Origin: an uncultured Candidatus Saccharibacteria bacterium
GTDB taxonomy: Bacteria > Patescibacteriota > Minisyncoccia > Phycocordibacterales > EsbW-18
Assembly: GCA_964478705.1 (NCBI GenBank)
Contig: CAYZIR010000003.1
Location: forward strand, 17,223-81,222
Length of the DNA stretch: 64,000 nt
Direction: 5' to 3'
This document shows, piece after piece, positions 44,638-54,465 of this stretch (position 1 is its first letter; every line of letters begins with the position of its first letter). The position numbers and the translations under genes are program-made. The notes under the pieces are model-generated. The model saw only the letters and a program-made list of their open reading frames with translations. It was not told the origin of the DNA and did no database searches.

Positions 44638-45042
44638 CTATTTAATTATTGCTAGAATATTTTCTTCCTTTACCACAAAATATTCGACCCCATCAATCTT
44701 CATTTCGTCATAGCCATATTTGGAGAACATGACTTTGTCGCCGACCTTCACATTCATCGGAACGAGCACACCATCGTCATAAGCACCTGGACCAACCGCA
44801 ACAACGGTTCCTTCCTGTGGGCGCTCTTTGTCTGATGTCTCAGGAATGTAGATTCCCGATGGACGAAGTGACGCTTCCTCGGCAACCGGACGAACAACCA
44901 CGCGGTCGGCAAGCGGTGTTACCTTGAATGCATTCTTAGCGATTTGTGGAGCGCTTTTCTTAGCTGCTGGTTTAGACTTTTTAGCCACCTTTTTTGGAGC
45001 TACTTTCTTGGTCTTTTTAGGAGCTAACTTTTTCTTTTTCAT
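44638..45042 (-). CDS. groS: co-chaperonin GroES with Lys-rich N-terminal extension
   Basis: PLADRVVV, SGIYIP, VKVGDKV, ENILAII. Confidence 0.95.
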   Translation of the reverse strand: MKKKKLAPKKTKKVAPKKVAKKSKPAAKKSAPQIAKNAFKVTPLADRVVVRPVAEEASLRPSGIYIPETSDKERPQEGTVVAVGPGAYDDGVLVPMNVKVGDKVMFSKYGYDEMKIDGVEYFVVKEENILAIIK

Positions 45043-45052
45043 AGCATGAGTA

Positions 45053-45130
45053 GTTGAAAAGTTTATAAGTTATGAAGTTTGTAAGTCTCAGAACATATCA
45101 ACTTAGAAACTTAATGAACTAATAACTAAC
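45053..45130. repeat. inverted degenerate octamer arrays in the groES leader
   Basis: aagtttat aagttatg aagtttgt aagt ... aacttaga aacttaat gaactaat aacta. Confidence 0.65.
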
Positions 45131-45142
45131 CGAGGCTCACCT

Positions 45143-45170
45143 ATTGTATTCACCCCGCTCGCGAGTGCAA
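45143..45170 (-). promoter_or_regulatory. putative groES/EL promoter
   Basis: TTGCAC-N16-TACAAT; a divergent TTGACA lies at 45171-45176. Confidence 0.55.
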
Positions 45171-45261
45171 TTGACATAAATTTATAAACTTATATAGTTC
45201 TATCGGATTGTCTCTGTGAGACATCCCGACCGTGGCGGTGCCACAGAAAAGGAGTTGTTCC

Positions 45262-45576
45262 ATGATTATCAAAAAAGATGTCAGTCCAGAGACCCTCATT
45301 CTTCTGATCAACTTTCTCCGCAGCCCTGAAGCCATTCTGACCCAAGAGGAAGCGGGTGAAATGATTCGAGATGGATCGTCCTGGTCGAGCAGTAAGCCCG
45401 TGGTCAGATTCAAGGGAGACATCAAACCCGAGGGCAAGACCTTCAGTGTCGTCGTAGAAATCGACGACAAGTACGATGTGAGAGACGGTCGTTCTCTAAC
45501 ACAGGACCTCCCTGGACATTTTTTTGTTGACCTCATGAAGACTCTCGGTTACTCACCCGAACCAACGAATACGTAG
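45262..45576 (+). CDS. hypothetical protein
   Basis: SD AAGGAG, own promoter and terminator (45588-45617). Confidence 0.7.
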   Translation: MIIKKDVSPETLILLINFLRSPEAILTQEEAGEMIRDGSSWSSSKPVVRFKGDIKPEGKTFSVVVEIDDKYDVRDGRSLTQDLPGHFFVDLMKTLGYSPEPTNT

Positions 45577-45623
45577 AAGGTGAGCCAAAGCCGCGCAAAA
45601 CTTCGCGCGGCTTTTTTCATTAA

Positions 45624-47261
45624 TTAGTGAGCAATATGCTCTATTGCGTATTCCATCGTCGCGCCGATTTTTTTACCAGGGTTGAATATATTTTTTGGAT
45701 CAAAGAGCTCTTTCGTTTTTTTGAAAAGCGCATACATTTTTTCACCAAACTGTTGCTCAAGGAATGGAGAGCGAATAATTCCATCGTTGTGCTCACCCGT
45801 CGTTGAACCGCCATAGGAAAGCACGAGGTCATACACGCGCTTCATGATTTCAGGGATAACCGCGCGAACGTTTTCCTTTGAAAGATCCATCAGCGGGATG
45901 ATGTGAAAGTTGCCGTTGCCGATGTGTCCTGCGATGTTGTGAACCATAAAGCGTTTGTATTCATCAAGAATCGCATAGAGCTTGGGTAAGCTTTCATTGA
46001 GTGTTGCGACCGGAAGCACGATGTCGTCGATAAAAGGTGCGGTGCTCTTCCCTTTCACTTTTGTACGAAGGAGATTGAAACTCTCACGTCTAATCAGCCA
46101 GTATTCATCGATTTCTGCCTCTGACCGTGTAGCGTGAATGAAGCGAGGAGAAAATTGCGAAAGCTTTTCAATCAATAGACGGCCTTGTGTATACAAAGAT
46201 TCAGTATCATCACCCGAAAAGGTAATTTGCAAGACAAGCTTTGGTAACCCCTTTGAGAGCAACGACCATCCAGCAGGTATATTCGAGAGCGCAATCGAGA
46301 GGGTTTTTCGAACACCCAATTTGAGCAAAAAACTCTTGAAGAATCGAAGCGCGAGCGAGAGCGTCTTGTCGTCATACGATTCAAATGTCGTAGGCTTGCA
46401 CGCAAGCGTTGTTGCAATAATTTCCGGCAATCGTGAGAGGTCGTCGAGAAACACAACGACCATGTGGGAATGTTTGTGTGGGCTAATCAAGCCAAATTCA
46501 ATATTGGTGATAAGACCAAGTGTCCCTTGCGCTCCCGTGAAGAGCTTGGTGAAGTCAAATGTTTTTGTCGTTCTGTTATACACATCCCACAAGGCATACC
46601 CAGCAGAATTTTTAGACACCCGAGGACGATGCGCAGCAATCACTTCTGCATTGTCATCAAGCATCTTGTACATACCGCGATAGAGATCACCCTCAAGCCC
46701 TGGAATGAGCATTTTTGCATGAAGTGCATCTTCGGTGAGGGCAGAAAATGTATACTCATTTCCATCAGACAACACTACTGAGAGCTTGTGTACGTATGCG
46801 GATGTTTTGCCATACGTCAGCGTCAATTCCCCACCAGCGTTATTTGCAACCATTCCACCAACCGTACAGATTTCGCGAGAAGCCGGATACGATGGCATGA
46901 GGAGATTCCGTTTCAAGCTCTCTCGTTCAAAATCTCTGTAGTACACCCCGGGTTCAACCGTGCCGGTATGCGCCGTGAATCCCTTGATACGAGTGAAGTA
47001 CTTCGTGAAATCAACAATGATCGATTCACCAAGCGCTCCACCGTCCATCCCCGTACCACCAGAACGAGCGGTGAGCGATACTCCTGCATGTGAAGATGCA
47101 TACGCTACCAGCTTTTTGATATCTTCTGCTGAGCGCGGAGCGACGACGACCTCTGGTGTAACACTGAAGAGCGATGTGTCACGACTTGCTGTAGCAAGTG
47201 TTTGCGCATCGGTCGCAATGTCCCCACAGTTAAGATTCAAAAGATCATCCGAGAGTTTCAT
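45624..47261 (-). CDS. FAD-binding oxidoreductase (GlcD/D-lactate dehydrogenase-like)
   Basis: RSGGTG, GGMVANNAGG, GAQGTLG, GEHNDG, FNPGK. Confidence 0.93.
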   Translation of the reverse strand: MKLSDDLLNLNCGDIATDAQTLATASRDTSLFSVTPEVVVAPRSAEDIKKLVAYASSHAGVSLTARSGGTGMDGGALGESIIVDFTKYFTRIKGFTAHTGTVEPGVYYRDFERESLKRNLLMPSYPASREICTVGGMVANNAGGELTLTYGKTSAYVHKLSVVLSDGNEYTFSALTEDALHAKMLIPGLEGDLYRGMYKMLDDNAEVIAAHRPRVSKNSAGYALWDVYNRTTKTFDFTKLFTGAQGTLGLITNIEFGLISPHKHSHMVVVFLDDLSRLPEIIATTLACKPTTFESYDDKTLSLALRFFKSFLLKLGVRKTLSIALSNIPAGWSLLSKGLPKLVLQITFSGDDTESLYTQGRLLIEKLSQFSPRFIHATRSEAEIDEYWLIRRESFNLLRTKVKGKSTAPFIDDIVLPVATLNESLPKLYAILDEYKRFMVHNIAGHIGNGNFHIIPLMDLSKENVRAVIPEIMKRVYDLVLSYGGSTTGEHNDGIIRSPFLEQQFGEKMYALFKKTKELFDPKNIFNPGKKIGATMEYAIEHIAH

Positions 47262-47341
47262 ATATCAAGAATAGAGCAGAATCACTAAACCACAAAACAC
47301 ACTTTGTGCTAGATTTTATTGTGTGATATCGTATTCATCGT

Positions 47342-47557
47342 ATGAACGTTATTCCAGTCATTCAGATAGTCCTCTCGGTTCTACTCATCGTCCTTATCCT
47401 CATGCAACAGAATGATGCCTCTCTTGGGGCAGCATTCGGTGGTGATGACAGCGGTGTAGCACGAACTCGACGCGGACCTGAGAAATTTGTTTTCATTGCG
47501 ACTGTTATCATCGCAATCGCGTTCGCGCTCTCGTCGATCGCAGCGCTCATCTACTAA
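47342..47557 (+). CDS. secG: preprotein translocase subunit SecG
   Basis: ILMQQ...LGAAFGG...RRGPEK, two TM. Confidence 0.93.
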   Translation: MNVIPVIQIVLSVLLIVLILMQQNDASLGAAFGGDDSGVARTRRGPEKFVFIATVIIAIAFALSSIAALIY

Positions 47558-47601
47558 TCACTCACACCGCCAATTTTTGACGGTGTGCGCACTTGTACTT
47601 T

Positions 47602-49311
47602 ATGTTCGAGACACGTCGGTGGCGATTTCACCTTCCCTCGTCTTCAGCACTCCGAGAAGGACTCTGGTCTCTCTCGTTCCTTGAGCGTGCACTCCTCTGG
47701 CTTCTCGCAGCGTTTCTAGCAGGAAGCACGCTTGTAATGGTCATTCAAATACGTTCTGCCTTCCTCACAAGCGTTCCACGCTCAGGAGGTGAGCTCGTCG
47801 AAGGTATCGTCGGCACTCCACGCTTTATCAATCCTGTCATCGCGCGATCTGAAGCTGATAAGGACCTCTCGGCTCTCGTGTACTCAGGGTTAATGCGACC
47901 TCGCTCGGATGGGACACTCATTCCTGACCTCGCAGAAAGCTACACGGTGTCTCCAGATGCGACACTGTATACATTTATACTTCGGAACGACCTTGTTTTT
48001 CACGACGGAACGCCCATCACCGCTGACGATATCGTCTATACAATTTCTGTTATTCAAAACCCTCTCATTGGAAGCCCGTTGCTTCGTGCATGGGAAGGTA
48101 TCACCGCAAAAGCGGTTGATTCGCACACAGTCACGTTCAAGCTTGGGAAGCCGTACGCGCATTTTATCGACAATACAACCATCGGTATTCTCCCGAGACA
48201 TATTTGGCAAGAAACAAACGAGGAGACATTTTCAGTTTCATCAAAAAATGTAGAACCTGTTGGTTCTGGACCATTTCGTGTAGATACGATCGAACGAGAC
48301 GATGCCGGTGTACCAATTGCATATCACCTTGAACGCTTTTCTGAGTTTGCACTTGGCGAAGCATATCTTGAACGAATTACCTTCCGCATGTACGGCAACG
48401 AAAAGGACGTCTTTGAAGCATACGAGAAAGGGGTGGTGACCTCATTTAAAGACGTCAGCCCTCTGAACGCACGTACGCTTGCAGACCAAGGCGCCCGTGT
48501 TGAGGTCTATACACTTCCACGAGTCTTCGCACTGTTTTTCAACCAAAACCATAATGAAATATTCGCAGATCACGCTGTTCGTGAAGCGTTGTCCGTGGCA
48601 GTAAATAGAAAAAACATTATCGACGAAGTTCTCTATGGATATGGCGTACCAATCACAGGACCGCTTCCTCCTCCTTTCAAGCACGTTACAGAATCACAAA
48701 AAGAAACTGGAACAATACGGCAGGCACAACAGATTTTAGAGAACGCTGGATGGGAAAAAGGAAGTGACGGAGTATATACAAATGGTACCCAGCGCCTCTC
48801 GTTCAGTATCGCAACAACAAACGCATCCGAACTTCGAGCGACAGGCGAGATTCTTGAACGCGTTTTTGATGCAATCGGAGCTGACGCAACACTCGAAGTG
48901 TTTGATCTCGGCTCACTCCACCAAGACATCATTCGTCCTCGTTCATACGATGCGCTTTTGTTTGGTCAGGTAGTCGGGCGCGCGGGAGACCTTTTCCCAT
49001 TTTGGCATTCTTCGCAACGTAACGATCCGGGCTTGAATACCGCACTCTATACAAATATCACTGTCGATGATATATTGGGTGACATTAGAACCACCCTTGA
49101 TACTGTGAAGCGAGAGGAACTCTACGCCTCGCTCGACAAAGAAATACAAGCTGACATTCCAGCATTATTTCTCTACTCTCCGGATTTACTCTATGTGCTT
49201 CCGGCAGATCTCAAAGGAGTCGCGGTTGGTTCAATAGATGAAAGCTCAGAACGGTTCATGAGCGTGTACGAATGGCACACAGGGACACGAAACGTCGTCA
49301 CAAAGCTCTAA
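47602..49311 (+). CDS. peptide ABC transporter substrate-binding protein (family 5)
   Basis: PRFINP, LVYSGL, FHDGTPITADD, PVGSGPF. Confidence 0.92.
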   Translation: MFETRRWRFHLPSSSALREGLWSLSFLERALLWLLAAFLAGSTLVMVIQIRSAFLTSVPRSGGELVEGIVGTPRFINPVIARSEADKDLSALVYSGLMRPRSDGTLIPDLAESYTVSPDATLYTFILRNDLVFHDGTPITADDIVYTISVIQNPLIGSPLLRAWEGITAKAVDSHTVTFKLGKPYAHFIDNTTIGILPRHIWQETNEETFSVSSKNVEPVGSGPFRVDTIERDDAGVPIAYHLERFSEFALGEAYLERITFRMYGNEKDVFEAYEKGVVTSFKDVSPLNARTLADQGARVEVYTLPRVFALFFNQNHNEIFADHAVREALSVAVNRKNIIDEVLYGYGVPITGPLPPPFKHVTESQKETGTIRQAQQILENAGWEKGSDGVYTNGTQRLSFSIATTNASELRATGEILERVFDAIGADATLEVFDLGSLHQDIIRPRSYDALLFGQVVGRAGDLFPFWHSSQRNDPGLNTALYTNITVDDILGDIRTTLDTVKREELYASLDKEIQADIPALFLYSPDLLYVLPADLKGVAVGSIDESSERFMSVYEWHTGTRNVVTKL

Positions 49312-49405
49312 CCCTTTAGATAGACAGAAAACAACCTGCCTTGGTATACCACTTTGTGGTGGAACGAGCAGACATATTACAACGTAATACATGACCTTAT
49401 AACGT

Positions 49406-51439
49406 ATGATTGATAATTCTCGGCAGGGCAAGCCCAGTGCTCGTCCAGCACACGACGCGGGTGTACACAGTTCAACAAGCACCCAATCATCGCCTGAACA
49501 GCGTCGCCGACGCACTTTTAGCGCCGTAGCGCCACACACAGGTACTCGTCCACACAAAGAGCATCACGGACATTCTTCTCCGCATCCTAAGCACGACCGT
49601 GGCTCAGGACCTCGTCGTGATGGTGGCCACGCTGGAAGCAATCGAGGAGGCGCTCCGCGACGTAGCGGTGGAAGTGGCGGTAGCGGAAAAAATCGTCGCC
49701 CACTCAAATCACATATCCGACACGTCCGAAGCAACGAAGTGGATACCAATCCTGTTATTCCCCCTATCGAAGCCGGTGTCCTTCGTGTGATTCCGTTGGG
49801 AGGTGTTGAAGAAATTGGTCGCAACATGACCGCAATTGAATACGGCGATGAAATTATCATCATCGATGCGGGACTCCAGTTCGGTGAAATTGAAACACCG
49901 GGAATCGACTTCATGCTTCCGAACACAACATATCTCAAAGAACGAAAGGAGAAGATTAAAGCGGTCTTTATCACTCACGGACACCTCGATCACATCGGCG
50001 CTATCCCGTATCTCATGGAGGATATCGGCAACCCGCCAATTTACTCACGCGAATTCGGTGCACTCATGATTGCGAAGCGTCAGGCTGAATTTCCGCATGT
50101 AAGTCCTTTGAATATCAAAACTGTTCAGGGCACTGAGCGAATGCAAATTGGTGAACATTTTGTCATCAACTTCTTCGCCATTTCTCACGCAATTCCGGAT
50201 TCAATGGGTATTCTCATTGACACACCACTCGGCACAATTGCTTTCGTTGAAGACGTGCGCGTTGACCACATTGATGGTGTCGCGACAGAAAAAGAGGTTG
50301 AACACTATTCGATGTTTAAGGACAAAAAAATCCTTCTCTTCACCCTCGACTCAACATCAGTTGAGAAGCCTGGCTTCTCGCTTCCTGAATCAAAGGCGGT
50401 TGAAACAATCGATAAGATCATGAAGGAGATCACGGGGCGTCTTATCATTGGTACCTTCGCATCAAACGTTGAGCGTATTATTCAGATGATTATGGCGGCA
50501 AACAAATACAATCGAAAGATTGTTGTTGATGGTCGCTCCATGAAATCGAACCTCGAGATTGTGAAGCAGTTGGGTCTTGTACCAACTGAAAACATCATTC
50601 CTATTGAAGAAATGGCAGATCACCCACCGCACAAGATTGTCGTTCTTGCGACCGGTGCACAGGGTGAAGAGTACGCTGTGTTTGATCGCATCGCGAACAA
50701 GACACACAAATACATCACACTTTCTCCTGCGGACACCATTCTCTTTTCATCGTCAGCGATTCCTGGAAACGAAATGGCAATCCAGAAACTCAAAGACAAC
50801 CTCTATCGCCAAGACGCGAAGATCGTGACATACCTTGATACACCGGTGCACGCATCAGGACACGGCAATCGTGGTGAACTCGAATGGATTCACAAACAGA
50901 TGACATACAAGTACTTCATGCCACTCCACGGGCACCACTACATGTTGAAGATCCATGCAGAACTCTCGGAATCGCTTGGAACGCCACGCGAGAACATCAT
51001 CGTTCCTGATAACGGTGCAATCGTTGAATTCTTTGACAATGGCAACAGTGTTCGTGTACTCAAAGATAAGGCGCCGAACGACCCAATCATGGTTGATGGA
51101 TTTTCTGTGGGAGGTCAACAGGAGGTCGTTTTGCGCGATCGACAAAATCTCGCAGAAGACGGTATCTTCGTGATTGTCGTATCGGTCAATCCAAAAACGG
51201 GCAAACTTCGTAAATCGCCTGATATCATCTCGCGTGGATTCGTCTATCTCAAAGAACAACAGGATCTCATCACCGGTGCCCGCGTGCTTGTTACCAAAAA
51301 CGTTGAAACAATGACGCGTGGCATGAACCCAATCAACTTTGATGTGGTTAAAAACGCTGTGACCGACGAGGTACGCAAATTCCTCTTCCAAAAGACTGGG
51401 AAGTCCCCGATTGTTATTCCTGTAGTGATTGGAGTCTAG
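49406..51439 (+). CDS. rnj: ribonuclease J
   Basis: PLGGVEEIGRN, THGHLDHIG, HASGH, ISRGFVY. Confidence 0.97.
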   Translation: MIDNSRQGKPSARPAHDAGVHSSTSTQSSPEQRRRRTFSAVAPHTGTRPHKEHHGHSSPHPKHDRGSGPRRDGGHAGSNRGGAPRRSGGSGGSGKNRRPLKSHIRHVRSNEVDTNPVIPPIEAGVLRVIPLGGVEEIGRNMTAIEYGDEIIIIDAGLQFGEIETPGIDFMLPNTTYLKERKEKIKAVFITHGHLDHIGAIPYLMEDIGNPPIYSREFGALMIAKRQAEFPHVSPLNIKTVQGTERMQIGEHFVINFFAISHAIPDSMGILIDTPLGTIAFVEDVRVDHIDGVATEKEVEHYSMFKDKKILLFTLDSTSVEKPGFSLPESKAVETIDKIMKEITGRLIIGTFASNVERIIQMIMAANKYNRKIVVDGRSMKSNLEIVKQLGLVPTENIIPIEEMADHPPHKIVVLATGAQGEEYAVFDRIANKTHKYITLSPADTILFSSSAIPGNEMAIQKLKDNLYRQDAKIVTYLDTPVHASGHGNRGELEWIHKQMTYKYFMPLHGHHYMLKIHAELSESLGTPRENIIVPDNGAIVEFFDNGNSVRVLKDKAPNDPIMVDGFSVGGQQEVVLRDRQNLAEDGIFVIVVSVNPKTGKLRKSPDIISRGFVYLKEQQDLITGARVLVTKNVETMTRGMNPINFDVVKNAVTDEVRKFLFQKTGKSPIVIPVVIGV

Positions 51440-51553
51440 GTAGCAGGGTGTTAGGTAAAGGGTATAAATTCTTCCTCTCAATTATTTTTGATAGGGAGAA
51501 TTTTGCTGTTTGGAGTTTCTAGTAAGTGGCGATACCCTAGAGCTATACTCTTC

Positions 51554-52711
51554 ATGTCAAAACATCATCTTCTTCACAGTACGTATCTTTTCAATTTTTT
51601 CTTTGCACTCCACTCGTTTGCCCTTGTGTATGTGCATTCGAGCCTCCTCACCCGTGCTGTTGGCGAAACACTTGTGGGAGTTGTGTATGCGGTTGCTGCA
51701 CTGCTTACCATCGCCACACTTTCGATAGTTCCCCGCATACTCAAAAACGTTGGTGACGTCCGTTTTACTCTCATCTGTGTCGTCATTGAGATTCTTGCTG
51801 CACTCGGTCTCGCTTTCTCAGGAAGCGCGTGGCTCATTATCCCACTCTTCATCATTCACACGATTGCGGTACGATCGACTTTTGTTGATCTCGATATTTT
51901 CCTTGAAAGTGCTACCAAGGAAGATGAAACAGGAGTTGTTCGTGGAAGCTTTCTCACGATTGGAAACATCGCGCTCGTCATTGCACCAATTCTTGTGGGA
52001 CTCCTCCTCGGAAATGGTGAAGCGTATGGAAAAATCTATCTCTTCGCTTCAGCACTCTTAATCCCAGCGGTTCTTATCATTTCTCTTTCCTTCAAGCACT
52101 TCAGAGATCCTCGCTACATACACGTCCCACTCTCACGAAGTCTCAAACATGTGTGGAGCACCAATGCACTCCGTCGCATTTGTAGCATCGATTGGCTTTT
52201 GCGTTTCTTCTACGCGTGGATGGTGATTTACATGCCACTGTATCTTCACAACTACATTGGCCTCCCGTGGGAAAAAATCGGGGTTATTTTTACCGTTATG
52301 TTGATCCCCTTCGCACTCTTTGAACTTCCTTTAGGGGCGTTGGCGGATAAGTTCTACGGAGAAAAAGAACTCTTGATTATTGGGCTTGCAATTCTAGGTG
52401 GCACAACCCTCGCGCTGTCCTTTATCGAATCATCATCTTTCCTCGTGTGGATGGTTGCCTTGTTTGCAACTCGTGTGGGCGCATCGATAGTCGAGGTTAT
52501 GTCTGAAACATACTTTTTCAAGCAAATCCACGAGCATGATACGGACTCTATTGGGTTTTTCAGAAGCATTGAACCGCTTGCGTATATCATCGCACCCCTC
52601 TGCGCGAGCCTTATGTTGTTGATACTTCCAATGTCCACTCTCTTTATCGTTCTTGGATTCCTTGTGCTTGCTGGGATTCCTATCGCCACACGCCTTCACG
52701 ATACACTCTAA
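51554..52711 (+). CDS. MFS transporter
   Basis: About 12 TM, GALADKFYGEK; start at MSKHH. Confidence 0.9.
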   Translation: MSKHHLLHSTYLFNFFFALHSFALVYVHSSLLTRAVGETLVGVVYAVAALLTIATLSIVPRILKNVGDVRFTLICVVIEILAALGLAFSGSAWLIIPLFIIHTIAVRSTFVDLDIFLESATKEDETGVVRGSFLTIGNIALVIAPILVGLLLGNGEAYGKIYLFASALLIPAVLIISLSFKHFRDPRYIHVPLSRSLKHVWSTNALRRICSIDWLLRFFYAWMVIYMPLYLHNYIGLPWEKIGVIFTVMLIPFALFELPLGALADKFYGEKELLIIGLAILGGTTLALSFIESSSFLVWMVALFATRVGASIVEVMSETYFFKQIHEHDTDSIGFFRSIEPLAYIIAPLCASLMLLILPMSTLFIVLGFLVLAGIPIATRLHDTL

Positions 52712-52774
52712 AAGTTGCATCTCTTTGATGGACAGTTACAATAGAGCAACTTATAACTGTAAGTACTCATCCTC

Positions 52775-53044
52775 ATGAACGACACAACACCACGCGTTAC
52801 GATTTACTCAACTCCTACGTGCCATTTCTGCCACATGGCAAAAGATTTTTTTACAGCACATAACGTTGCGTTCACCGACCACAACGTCGGCACCGATCTT
52901 GAACAGCGCAAGGTGATGGTCGACAAGACTCAGCAAATGGGCGTACCAGTCATTACCGTCGAAGTCGCCGGCAAGCCTGAAGAAATCATCATTGGATTTG
53001 ATGAGGAGAAATTGAGGGAGTTGTTACATATCACAGAAGCATAA
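52775..53044 (+). CDS. glutaredoxin/NrdH-like redoxin
   Basis: YSTPTCHFC, GVPV, IGFD. Confidence 0.93.
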   Translation: MNDTTPRVTIYSTPTCHFCHMAKDFFTAHNVAFTDHNVGTDLEQRKVMVDKTQQMGVPVITVEVAGKPEEIIIGFDEEKLRELLHITEA

Positions 53045-53085
53045 TAACAAAAACACCCCCGCGTTATGGGGGTGTTTTTGTTATT
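53042..53085. terminator. bidirectional terminator
   Basis: AATAACAAAAACACCCCC/GGGGGTGTTTTTGTTATT. Confidence 0.85.
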
Positions 53086-53509
53086 GGGTCTCCACGGGGC
53101 CATCAACCGGCTGTTCGTCGACAGGTGCCGTGGTTCTTATGTCGCTTTCCGCCACTGCCTCTTCATCAAGAATGATCGGACCGACATTCACGAGGATATC
53201 GTGCTCTCGATCATAGAGAATCGCCTTTGCACTTGTTGGATACATGAGCAAGATGTCTCCGTTTTTTCCACCTTGATAAAACAATTGCGTTGCTACAAGA
53301 GCATCAATATCAGCGACTGTAGCAACCAAAGGTTCTTCATTTGGTAAACGGATGTGCTTGCCAACCGATGTGAGAATTGAGCTGATTTCTTCTTCCGATA
53401 GTGTTTGATTTGCTTCAAATGTATCGTGCGAAAACTGCCTATAAGCGAATGCCGCTCCTCCAAGAAGCAGAATCGCGACCACCAAACCAATACTAAGTTT
53501 TTTAATCAT
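53081..53509 (-). CDS. conserved hypothetical membrane-anchored protein
   Basis: TM plus LPNEEPLVATV...GDILLMY...AILYDR. Confidence 0.8.
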   Translation of the reverse strand: MIKKLSIGLVVAILLLGGAAFAYRQFSHDTFEANQTLSEEEISSILTSVGKHIRLPNEEPLVATVADIDALVATQLFYQGGKNGDILLMYPTSAKAILYDREHDILVNVGPIILDEEAVAESDIRTTAPVDEQPVDGPVETQ

Positions 53510-53542
53510 AGAGAATATATCGATTATAGATTGAGTATAACG

Positions 53543-54442
53543 TTAGATAGATGTGGCCGGAAGTATGCGTGCGAGCGATTCTATTTTACCTGCAAACACC
53601 ATTGTTGGAAGACCAATAAAACAACTTCCTTCGACGTCGATCGCGGCACCGCCTGAATTTCCTTTCTCAATTTTTGCCGATGTTGTGTAGTAGTCTTCAT
53701 CGAAACCAGAAATAATGCCCTCCGTTGCCGTTACCGATTCTTTTGCTCCAATCGTTGGATACCCGAGCATTACAACCTTATCGCCAATATCTGGGACAGT
53801 GCCACACACCTGTGATGATTGCATTGCAGGAGGATTCTCATTGAGCATGCCATACGCCACGTCGTGGTCGTCAGAAACTTCTATCGCATCACTAGAAACG
53901 GTGATGTCAGCAGATGAATTGGGCTGTACAAGCGTACAGGATTCAAGCTCCTTATTTGCTGTTTCTACAACATGCTTACTCGTCAAAAAACGAACACCTT
54001 CCGTTGTTTTTTGTAGTACCGCAGAGCCACTGCTTTCTACTGTGGCAGAACCATCAGAAAATTCGCATGTAATATCGTATACGAACGGACTCCAGTCTTC
54101 GACAATGCCTTTTACGTCAGTTGTTTTAACAATTGTTGAAATCTTCCCTTCCTGCAGAGATACCGTCGTTGAGAGAGATTCGAGTGCTTTCGAAAGCGCC
54201 TCCTTTTCCGCAGTAGTCTTTTCGACTTCAGCGACAACGCCTGCACGCAAATCGGTGGTTTCTCTTGCGAGAAGAAGGAGCGTATTTTCAAGCTCACTGA
54301 TGCGGGCATCAAATGCCGTATCGTGAGTCAGGCGTTCTTGCTCGATTGTATTGATACGGTCAAGACCCGTCCGCCATCCGGCGTACACACCGCCGAAGGC
54401 AACAATAACCATAATGGCGCACGTAATAAAAAGTCGATGCAT
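53543..54442 (-). CDS. trypsin-like serine protease with N-terminal anchor and coiled coil
   Basis: TSKHVV, DVAY, GNSGG. Confidence 0.88.
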   Translation of the reverse strand: MHRLFITCAIMVIVAFGGVYAGWRTGLDRINTIEQERLTHDTAFDARISELENTLLLLARETTDLRAGVVAEVEKTTAEKEALSKALESLSTTVSLQEGKISTIVKTTDVKGIVEDWSPFVYDITCEFSDGSATVESSGSAVLQKTTEGVRFLTSKHVVETANKELESCTLVQPNSSADITVSSDAIEVSDDHDVAYGMLNENPPAMQSSQVCGTVPDIGDKVVMLGYPTIGAKESVTATEGIISGFDEDYYTTSAKIEKGNSGGAAIDVEGSCFIGLPTMVFAGKIESLARILPATSI

Positions 54443-54465
54443 GCTATGCGATGTGTTAGTACACC

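Noticed and set aside
45145-45172. CIRCE operator upstream of groES
   Set aside because: Only one half-site (TTGCACTC) is recognisable; the second arm does not match.
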